DNA of 64,000 nucleotides, taken from contig NC_134033.1 of the NCBI RefSeq assembly GCF_964204645.1, forward strand, positions 4,798,231 to 4,862,230. Reading direction: 5' to 3'. The position numbers and the translations under genes are program-made. A model generated the notes under the pieces. The model worked only from the letters and a program-made list of their open reading frames with translations, was not told where the DNA came from and searched no databases. Source of the stretch: Tubulanus polymorphus (lineage: Eukaryota; Animalia; Nemertea). Of this stretch, positions 38,701 through 50,700 are shown piece by piece (within the stretch, counting starts at the first letter, position 1; the number at the start of each line of letters is the position of its first letter).

Positions 38701-41700
38701 CTTGTTAAATCTGATACATTGATGACAAGAAGACATACTTACACGGTAAAAAAACCTTTTGCAAAACTGTTAGGAATTACTCCAAATGATTTTATTGGTG
38801 TAAACATACACGGTAACTCAAATATAATACCTTTTACACACTTTTATATTTATTGCAATTTAATCGATCCTACAAAAACATTTGAAGCAACTAAAGATAC
38901 AACATGTAATTCTAGTATATTAAATATTTTACCATTGAAGAACGTTAAACAATTTGGAACGCAAATAAATTATAATTTAGCTGAATGTGATTTTAAACCT
39001 TGTATTCCTTAATTTAACAATTTTAAATTAGAAATAAGAAATCATAATGGTTATTTAATTGATTTGAATAACTTTCCTGTAATTTATGAATTAGTTATAA
39101 GATGTAAAGAGTAATTTTTTCACTATATAAATGAATATAACTGTTGGACCGAGTATATGTTTTGGGTTTGATTTTAAACGTGAGAAAGAAATGAAATTTA
39201 ACATTAATGATGTAATTACACATATTAAAAATATTGCATTTTCTAATGAAACAACATTTGAGTATAAAACAACAATAGATAAAGAAACTTTAAATGTAGA
39301 AAAGATTACTAATTTAATTAGAGAATCTTTAAGATTTTATGAATTAGATGAAGATTTTATCATCGATGATATTAGAAAAATAATAATTGAAATATATACA
39401 AATGAAACTAGTAATAAAATAAATGTTGAATTAATCATCACTAAAATAACTAAATATTTTGAAGATAGTAATTTTTTTGATAAATAAATGAGTGATAATA
39501 AGTGGATAATAACTGGATTATATAATGGCGCCTTACTATCAGTTGGAACTGTTGGTTATTCAATGGTATTAAAAAAAGTATTCAAAATGGGAAGTGTTAA
39601 TGTTGATAGATTTGATATAAATGATATTTTAAAGTTAACATTAGCAATTACTTTATCTAATTCAACTATTGATTATTTGGAAAAACAAAAATATATTCCT
39701 CCCATATAAATGCATAATTTTTTTGCTAAATAAGTGGCTTCTGCAATTATAACTATTATAGGATCGGCAATTGTTAACGCTTTAGCATTTACTGGTGGTG
39801 GTTATTTATTTAAACATATTGATAAAAATAGTTCATCAGGAGAACAAAGAGGACATAACTTAGCATTAGAGAAATATAATAAAGCTGCAGAAGAATATAG
39901 AGAAAAAAGACCAAAACTATATGGATTACATCAATAAAGAATTATATGATCAGAAGATTTCACATAGAGATTTTCAATCAGTTGATGATGCAATGAGTTT
40001 ATATAACGCGGTAACCAATAAAGAAAAATTACATCTATACAAACCTAAATTATCAGATTATTATACCCCAAGTAATGAACAGAAGAAATATGAAATAATT
40101 TGGATTTTAGGTGGAACTGTTGTTGTTATATTTGTAGCATATAAGTTTACTAATTAGTAATTTTTTTTGCTAAATAAATGGAAGATAATGTTGATAATAT
40201 TGATATTATTCTTCATGATATAAATAAAACTAAATTAGAAATATATTTAGAAAAACAAATATTAGAATTTGAAAGTGACTTTTAAAAGTTAAAAAGAAAA
40301 AATATCTAAAAAGTAAAATTATATATTATTTGATTATAAGTGGTTCGGTTACAATTAGTTCTGTAATAACATTTTTAGCAATATTCAGCCCATTAACCCC
40401 TTTAGCTATATCAATTGGTGTGTTAGGATTAAGTTCAAGTGTTTTAACTGGTATAAGTTCAAAATTGAATATTAAAAGTAATAAAGAAAAAATTAAAACT
40501 AATATAAAAGAAATTAATAAATTAAAGAATACACTAGATTATATAATAAGTTTAAATGGCCATATAACAGTTGAAGAACAAGATAAATTATTAAAAGAAT
40601 TAATAAATTATTAATTTTTTAATTATATAAATGGGGTTTCCAAAAGCTTTCCAATATAATAAATCAATTAAATATAATATTCCTGCAATAGATTTTAAGA
40701 AAAATATTACATATAGAAATGTAGTTTTAAATTCATTAACTAATTTAGAAATTTATGTTACTGAATCACAGTTTTTTATTTCTAAAATGGAAAATATATT
40801 TAATACATATGAAGTTACTTTTACTCGAGATGAATACCATATATATAAAGTAAAATCTAATATGAAATATTGGCAGAACCAATTAGATTTTGCTGTTTAT
40901 TCTGCAACAACAGGATGTGGAATAAGTTGGAATGATCATTTAAATAACTTAGATAAAAATTTGAAGTATTCTGATTTAAAATTAATTCACACAATATTTA
41001 GATTTCACACATATTTTCAAATCAGAATAATATTAAATGAATTAGAATGTCCTTTACCCGGGTCTAAATATTTTAAAGAATTGGATAATAATATTAATAT
41101 ATCTAAGTTTTATAAAATATGTAATGAATTTAATATAAATATTAATTCCGATTTCAGAGCGCATGGTATATTGCAAGGTGTTGGTGAAGAGTTTGAAATA
41201 AAAAGAATTGATTATATGCATAGAATTTCAGCTTATCATAATTATAAAGATGATAATAATAATGGTTGGGTTAATTTCATTTTAGAAAATGGTGAAGGTT
41301 TTACAAAATCAGGTATACGAAGAATAAATCAATCTATTAGAATTTATTTGATATGCATTTTAGGCGCTCAAGTTGAAGCAAGATCCCCAATAATTGGAAA
41401 TGATAACACTTCATTCGATGCGCAGAAACAGTTTAAAGTTTTATTTGAAGATTCAATTCATAATGATAAAAATAGATCGATTCCAGAAAACATTATAAGA
41501 TATCAAAATTATTTAGATAAATCACATATTACATTAAATTATTGTATATGCCCTAATCTTTTAATTATTTCTAATGATTTAGAATTAAAGATGGGAAACA
41601 TAACTGGTTATAATAATCTAATTAAAACTGCTACAATAAATAATTCATTTGGGTTAAATGATATAAATAAAAAGATTATCACTGCTCCAAAATTAATGGA

Positions 41701-44700
41701 AGGTGAAAAAAATAAAAAACATATTCAATCAACAGAAACTAAAACTAAGAATATTAAATTGGATAATGATTCCAAAATAAAAGATTACAATACTACAGAA
41801 AATGGTGCCGTACGGCACCCACATGGTGATATTAAAACTGATAATGGTGCCGTATGGCACCCACACGGTGTTATTCAACATAATATAATTAAAACTGATA
41901 ATGACAATAAATCCCATGAAAATACTAAATTAGCTATAACTTGTATAGGAATTGTTATAGGAGGAATATTATATTTTAAATTTTAATTTTTTTATTATAT
42001 AAATGGATGTAGAAGGTGGAGAAGATATTGGAATGGATCCTTTTGATGAACCTGGTATAAGTGATGAACAACCACCTGATTTTGATGAAACAAGTTTTAA
42101 TGATGGTAATGAGCCAGAATATAATAATAATTTGAATATACCTGATTATATTAGAAATGCAGAATCACAATGAAATCCTGAAAATTTAGACCCAGATTTA
42201 GTAAAACAAGATTTAGATAATTTAAACAAAATACCTAAATTAGAACGTATAATTGAAAAGTCTAAACTTAACATAAATGATGAAGACGTTGGACTTTTAG
42301 CAGATCAATTAAAATTTTTAGATAATGGTAAATGTTATTATCGTTTGAAAGGTGATTATTATATTGATATCACTTATAAAAATAATAAAAATAAAATATT
42401 ATCAGAATCAACTTTAGAAAAATTAAAACCAGATAGAATTAAAATAATAAGTAATAGTAATGAAATAACTGATGTTACACAAAAAGAAATAGATGATAAT
42501 ATAGATGTATTTAAACAAATAATTAATGAATTATTTGAAATAATCAAAAAGAAATCAGAAACAGAAACAACTTCTGAACAGAATATAACTTCCAAAAATA
42601 GTAAACTTAAATCAAATAAAGTTCCAATTGAAAAACTTTTACCGAATGGATTAATTGATGCAACAGATCAAGAATTAGAAGATTTAGATATATTTTCTGA
42701 TAAAGCAATTAGAGAAATTATTAGTATAAGACTTGCATCTAATAAAATTGCGCATGATAAAAGTATAAGAGATTTTAAAATTAGAACTTTAGAAAAAGAA
42801 TTAACTGATAAAAATAAAGAAATAGAACAATTAAAGTCTGATTTAGATCATCAAGTAATTGATGAAATAGAATATAGGCAAAAAGAATTACGTTTAGAAA
42901 AAGAAAAAGATGATTTAGAATATAACATAGAATTACAAAAAGAAGAAATTAAATTATTGTTAAAATCATATGATTATAATATTAATAGATTAAAAGTTAT
43001 TTTTAAAGATTTGTTGATTAAACCAAATTCTGAAATATCATTAAAAGATAGAATAAAGTTATTATTTAAATTAGAAGGAATAACAATTCTTTCAATTCTA
43101 ACAGCTGTAACTATGTTATTTACAACAATTGGTTTAGCAATATCAAATGCTTTGAAATCTACTCCTACTCCCAATAAACCGGATAAACCCCCGAATGATA
43201 ATAATTCTATACAAGATAAAGTTAAGGATGGTTTAAAGAAACTAGCAAAATATTTATGGGAACTATCTAAAAAATCTGCTGCAGCATTGCCAGGAGTTAT
43301 TGCATCAATTGTTGGTTTTATATTGAAATCTGCTGGGAATATTCTTAACTTTGCTGCTGAACATATTATTTTATTTTTAATTACAGTTGTAAGTGCTATT
43401 ATTTTTGGTTTAGTAAACATGATCAAAAATAAATAATTAATTTTTTTTGTTAAATAAATGAGTGGGAGTTATATAAGTCCTTCTAAGATTTCTAGAATAT
43501 CTAATGCTATTAAAGCATAAAGATCACATCATATAATTACTCATAACCCTTCAAATATTAATCCCGATGAAACTTTATATGTTAGAATTCCTAGATTAAC
43601 ACAAAATACTTTTTATGTTCCAAACAGTATTTATTTATCAGCCGATATAAAAGTAACTGGTCATGATAATAATTATGTTGTCGATAATGTTGGGAGATAT
43701 TTGATTAAAAAATTAATTATAAAGATTGGTCCAGAAACAGTTTTCTCATTAGATGATTATAATTTATTTATGCATTATAAAGATTTATGGTTAACTAAAG
43801 AAAATAGAAATAATATGATATTTCAAGGTATCCAATCAGAAAACCAAAATAAATTAAGATCTGAAGCCAATAATGCAGTAGTAACTAATGCTGTAGATAA
43901 TTTGATAAAAAAGATTTATGGAAGCAAATATAAAATTCCATTAGACTTTGAATTGATAAATGATAATGCACCTTTATATAAATATGCAATTCAAGAAGAT
44001 TTTAGCAGATCAATTAAAATTTTTAGATAATGGTAAATGTTATTATCGTTTGAAAGGTGATTATTATATTGATATCACTTATAAAAATAATAAAAATAAA
44101 ATATTATCAGAATCAACTTTAGAAAAATTAAAACCAGATAGAATTAAAATAATAAGTAATAGTAATGAAATAACTGATGTTACACAAAAAGAAATAGATG
44201 ATAATATAGTTCTTTTTATGTTCCAAACAGTATTTATTTATCAGCCGATATAAAAGTAACTGGTCATGATAATAATTATGTTGTCGATAATGTTGGGAGA
44301 TATTTGATTAAAAAATTAATTATAAAGATTGGTCCATGATAATGCACCTTTCCATTAGACTTTGAATTGATAAATGATAATGCACCTTTATATAAATATG
44401 CAATTCAAGAAGATATTATATTTGAGATAACATTTGCTCCTGTAAATGAAATTGTATTATCTAGCGTTGTTAAAGATATGAGTAATAAATTATCGAATAT
44501 ATGTTTAAAATATAACACAGTAACTAATGAAAATATTGCTAGCACAATTCAAACTCAATACAATCAAGGATTTTCATTATTATATGATTATATTGATAAA
44601 TTTAAAACTGTAACTATTAATGCAAATGATGAAATAATTAATGAGAATATTAACTTCCCAAGAAGATCTATTAAAGGTATATTAATATGTTTTACTATTG

Positions 44701-47700
44701 CAACATATTCTAATGGCGCAATAAAGGTAGATAATCATTATAATCCTGAAATAACAAAAGTTGAAATAACTATCGAAGGAATAGCAAATAAAATATTTTG
44801 TCAAGGAATGAGAATGATTGAAGAATGGCCAGAAATTAGAAAACATTTTATGAATGAAAAAGTAAAATCATTTGAAAATTGTAATATTAATCAAATTGAT
44901 TATTATACCGGTAATAAATATGCGTTATGGTTAGATTTTAGAACAACAGAGGATAATTCATTACATGGTTCTGGGAAAAAACTACAGAACACTAAATATG
45001 GAATACAATTATTCATGGCGAAGAAAAGAGGGGACAAAAATTTCAAAATGCATATTTATATTATATCTGACGCACAATTAAATATTGTAAATTCACAATT
45101 AGATAGTATTCAATATTAGAAATATAAAGTTAAAATTAAGGATATATAAATGGGCGGTAAAAAAACTCCTAATACTAAAGAACAATATTTAAGAAACTTA
45201 TTATTACAACCCTGAGAGTTCGGTTGCTTATTCTTCTACTAAAAATATATGGCGTAAAGTAAAACAAGATAAATTAGATAAGATAATCCCACAAAATTTA
45301 GTTAAATATAAAGATATAAATGAATTGAATGGAGCTTCCCACTTTATAGAAAAGATGCTGTACAAACATCAAATGTTTTAAGAAAATTTCTTTCGGGTGA
45401 TAAACTAAAACCAGAAAAAATACAAATACAATTTGATGATGGAAAAGAGTTTGATAATTCACTTGTTCATGAACTCTTAGATAATCATAATATTAAATAT
45501 TTTTCAACAAAATCAGATAAAAAGCAGCAGTTGTTGAACGATTTAATAGAACATTAAGAACAAGAATGTGGAAATATTTTACAGCAAATAATACTTTTAA
45601 ATGGATTGATGTTTTACCAAAATTGACAGAAGGATATAATAATTCTTATCATTCTTCTATTGGAATGAAACCTATTGATGCTAGAAAACCTGAAAATGCT
45701 GAAATTGTTTGGAATAATTTATATGGAGCATTTCTTGTAGATGATTTTGGTGAACCTAAATTTAAAGTTGGTCGAAATGTTAGAATTTCTAAGTATAAAA
45801 AGATATTTGATAATGGATACGATCGAAATTTTACTAGAGAAATATATGAAATAAAAAAGGTAATAACAACAAAACCATATGTCTATAAATTAGAAGATTT
45901 AGATGGTGAAGAAGTTGATGGCTACTTTTACGAAGAAGAATTAAGTTTAACTACTGAAAATCTATAACAAGAATATAAAATTGAAAAAGTATTAAAAACA
46001 AAAACTATTAAAAGAAAAAAATATTCTTTAGTAAAATGGGTTGGATGGCCAGATAAATTCAATGAATGGATATTATCAAGTGAAATTAAAAATATATAAA
46101 TGAATAAAGAATTATTTATATTTGAGCCTCATAATATTTTAATATCTGGCGTAACAAATTGTGGAAAAACTTATTTTATATTCAATTTATTAGAAACTGT
46201 TTATGAAAACTATTTTGATAATATAGTATTATTTTGCCCAACGTATGAATTTAATCAAACTTATGATAGAAACTTTACTAGAAATAATAAATTTATTATA
46301 TTAGATCCTAAAACAGTAAAAGAAAATTTAGATAATTGTATAAAAAAAGCAATTGATATTTATAAAGGATCAAATATATTATTTATCATAGATGATTGCG
46401 CAAATTTACATGATTCAAAAGTTAGAGAAAGTGAGTTATGCTATTTAGCTTTTTCTGGCAGACATTTTGGGATAACAACATGGGTTTTAAATCAAAAATA
46501 TAATTCAATTGTTAAAGACTTTAGAGAAAACATTAGATTTCTAGTTTTATTCTACAATAAAGATAGAAAATCAATGAAAAATGCACTTGAGGAAAATGAT
46601 ATTATTCCACATGATTTACATAATGAATATATGGATAAGTTGAAAAATATTAAAAGATCAAAATTACTATTTAGATTACAACACCCATTTAAATATGAAT
46701 TTATTTAAATTCAATTAGTTTGTTAATCAATTACATATTTAGTTACATTCTAGTTGAATTCTAGTTATTGGTAGTTGTAACAAAAATCAACTAGATTTTA
46801 ACAATATTGTAACTAGCTTGTTAATCTAGTTTAATTCTAGTTACATTCTAGTTGAATTCTAGTTATTGGTAGTTGGAACAAAAATCAACTAGATTTAACA
46901 AGAAATAAACAAAAATAACAATATTTCAACTAGCTTGTTAATCTAGTTGAATTCTAGTTACATTCTAGTTGAATTCTAGTTGCAACATCACAACTAATTT
47001 TTTTGTTATATAAATGGTAGGTGAAAAGAAAATAAAATCTAAAAATGGTGATGTTCCAATTGAAAAAACTTTAGATGATTTAGGAATAAAAGAAACAAAA
47101 TTAATTCCAGATGATGGTGTTTTAAATAATGTTACAACAAATAATAATTATGAATATTATCTTTACTGTAAACATCAATTAGAAATATTAATAGCATCTG
47201 GAAATTGTAAAAATTTTGTCGGTAAAAATTTAACTTATAATGAATTAGATACAATGAAATCAGATGAAATTATTAGATTATTTAAGATTCATGAAGCCGC
47301 GAGAACAGCTAGAATTAATGACGCGATATCAGAAAATGTAGTAAAAGGTTATAATAAATTATGTAATTATATACTACCAATTGAAGATGAAAATAGATTA
47401 TATTCCGATTTAAAAAATGATTATTTAGTTATGACTGAATTAAATAAATTGGATTGGATATTTATCATTTCAATTAGGTGGATTCATGACATTATTATCA
47501 ACTGGGGTTATAACATTTTCAAATATTGAAAGTAAAAATATTTCTATAATAAATGAGCGAGGTGGAAGAAGTGAAGAAAAAACCGAGATCACGGAAACAA
47601 ATTGAATGGTCTCGGCAATTAGGAATTAAATCACAAGAATATAAAAAAGCTGTAAAAGAAAAAATAAGTAATAAAAATGTAAATAAAAATAGTGAAAATA

Positions 47701-50700
47701 TTGTTATTTCTAATCCTTCTAATGATAGAATATTTGATAAATGTCTATATTTTACAGTTGGATTTGTAATTGTATTCATTTTGATTGGGTGTAATTGGTA
47801 TAAGAAATCAAATAAAATTCATGATATTAATAATTCTGAAACAACTGCTATCAAAAATGAAAATGCTTCTGAAATTCCAAAATTGACAATAAAAAAATGG
47901 ATTAATATTTTAGAAAAAAGCAAAAAAAATAATTGAATATCTCACTACTTTTGTCTATCTATGCGGAGCAATTAAATTGTCCAGATAAGTCATTTCGGAT
48001 TCTAGATATTCATTATTTTTATTAATTTATTTTGTTTTTACTTGAATATTGTATTACAGTCGTTTCTTATTATTAGTTTTTTCTTAAATTGAAAGATGGC
48101 AGCACTGGGTGTGATGCTAAAATGAATATTTGAATTTGAATTTGTTAATCAATTAACATAGTAATTGATTACTAATTTGATTAAAAATTATATCATAATT
48201 AAGTCAAAAATCCATAATTCATTTATCGGTTTTCATTCTTATATTCTTTTCATTCGGAATAATTTATAATTTCAAATTTCACATATTTTTTTAGCACCAG
48301 CAACATTTACTTAGGTGTTTTAGCTAAGTATATAAGGCAATTCATTCAACCAGTGGAGTAGCTCTGGCCAGCAGAGGCATTTTGAAAATGCACCTTCGTC
48401 CACTCTCCGGGTTTCTCCTTCGGTTTCGAATTTCGAGATTGGTAGAAATTACATTAGGTGCCTTTAATATAATGTGATTTCTACCAATCATTGAAGGAGA
48501 TCTCGGTTGACGTGGGTCGCCGGGAGTGTAAGTAGAAATGACGGGGGATAAGCGTCCCTTGGCGCCTTTCAATAACGGGATGCTTATCCCCTGAAAACTC
48601 TATAGGTAGAGGATAGGGCAATTTTGCTAAAACTTACCGTAAAAACATTGAAATATTCCTTTTAATCACGAGAGAATGATGACTATCCTCCTGTCGTCAC
48701 GGCCGAGCTAATTTAAATAAACCTCGCTTTCAGCAACCAATGAAAACGTGGTAGTTCAATGCCGGCTAACTGGCTTGTGTGTGTTGTATGTACTGCGTGC
48801 TTATTATAAAACTGCTAGCTATCCAATATAACAACAACGTTGTGCAACACCTGTTTGATTGATCAATATTCAAATGAAGCACTCTCATATAATAACATGT
48901 AACAGATGTTTGACTGTATGATTGTAGTTGTTTATAAAACGACTAAGGTCATTTTGGATTCTAGATATTCATTATTTTTATTTTTATTTAATCAACAATT
49001 TCTAAATCATGATGACCATCTTCATTTTTCCCATGATATATTATTTTAAATCCTACTAAATCTTTCAATTCCTCTGTACTCAATGAAACCCATTTATCGG
49101 GTAAAAACACTTTAAATTCTCGTGATGTACTAACATTACAGTAGCTTAAATTAGCTGATACTTTCTCTCCATATTTAGTTTTTATCTTTTCTAATTTCAA
49201 TATTTTATGTTCAATTTCTTTTGTAACATCAACTAACTTTTTTATTTCAAATTGTTTTTTTGTTGGTTTAATTCTGTTATTTATTGTTGCTAAGAATGCT
49301 TTTCTATCTTCCATTTATAAGGAAAACAAATTACTTGTGGTGATGAGTGGGGATTACTTCCCCTGTATATAACAAACACGCTTTTAACCGTTCTCACCCA
49401 AGCCTCACGGCATCTATTTATCCGGGTACATTTAACACACGCGCAGCTGTTGTTACGCGCACTCACTGTTTATGTGTGTCACAATTCTACTGCGTAATAT
49501 TTCTAAAATTTCAATTGTATCTTTTATTTCTAGTGAATCAATATAATTTCTAACATTTTCCATGTAAGGTTTATTTGATCTATCAATGTATTTTTTACAA
49601 TATGGACAATGATATTGATTTTCATTAACATTATTATTTTCTGGTTGGTGTTCATTCTCCCCCATTTATAAGGAAAAAAAATTACTTGTGGTGATGAGTG
49701 GTGTCTCGACCTCTCGACCTCTGATCTGAAACCCCACTTTTACAATTACTGGCACCCAAGTACTTATTCTCCATCAAATATCCACAAGGCGACATGGCTA
49801 GTATTGATAAACGCCGCGTAAACGCTGTATAAAGTAGAGTGGTATCAGTGAATTATACGGGATGGTCACTTTTCAAACTGTGTGAGATTAGTAGGTTATT
49901 GCACGTCACACATTCACTACCATTAAATATGATAATTATTTTCAGGTAAAAATTCTTCATGTTAGCGCTACTAGTAAGAACGCAGCCGATAACAAATTGG
50001 TTCAACTGTTACGGGATTTTGGTGAAAATCATTCCCAGCCTGGTACTGTTCTTCTTATCTCAGGTAAAACTACAAATAATATGCACCCCAGTAAAATATG
50101 CTACCGACCTCCACCGTTGAACATATTCAAGCCTATGACTGGCGAATTTATCACCAGCGAATTATTTACTCGGTGATTTGAATTGCTTTTCGTCCAATTT
50201 TAGAAAAATTCGCCCTAGTCTGTCACAGGTTTAACTTCTGAAATTGTGGTGCTATATTTGTTTAGGTGATGGTATTTTCAAGCAGGTTTTGTCGGATCTG
50301 AAATATCGCTGTGGTTTTAAAACTGTCGTGTTACATAATAAGACCGTGTCGAAAGAATTGTTAGCGTTTGCTGATGATCACTGCGTGTTCAGTGAACTAT
50401 TCGATGATTTACCTGAAAGACAACCCAAGGTAAGTTACAGCTGTTTCAGTTGGGTCCGCCGGACTGTTAGAGCTTGTGGGAATACTGTCATAACATTCAC
50501 GTATAAGGGTGGTTTATTTCACAGAAATCGTCAAGCAGCCCAGTTGAATTACTGGTTACAAATTTACCGACTCGACCGCCTGATGCAACGCCCGATAAAC
50601 ATGCCCATAACTTACGAAAGCGTTTGAATCAATTATTTGATAACCGCGGTGGTAAAGTCAAGAATTTGGATCCCGACAAATGTTCAGCTATCATGACGCT

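Larger units (their letters stand above)
31861..49750 (+). mobile_element. Full-length decayed Polinton/Maverick (adintovirus-like endogenous virus)
   Basis: Termini AGTAATTGTA...TACAATTACT; TSD GGCACC at 31855-31860 and 49751-49756; pPolB, integrase, ATPase, MCP and penton genes; sharp rise in AT content. Confidence 0.97.

Noticed and set aside
42374-43426. Antisense ORFs over Polinton genes (also 35326-35589, 41729-41917, 47519-47779) and over GPCR/BEL ORFs (6117-6395, 13978-14250)
   Set aside because: These are shadow frames of real genes on the opposite strand, with no motifs or start signals of their own.
49453-49665. 70-aa ORF as an independent gene
   Set aside because: It is the internally deleted copy of the polB 5' end within the right terminal module.
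31861-49750. Contaminating free virus or bacterial contig
   Set aside because: A perfect 6-bp TSD and in-phase host exons on both sides support true integration.
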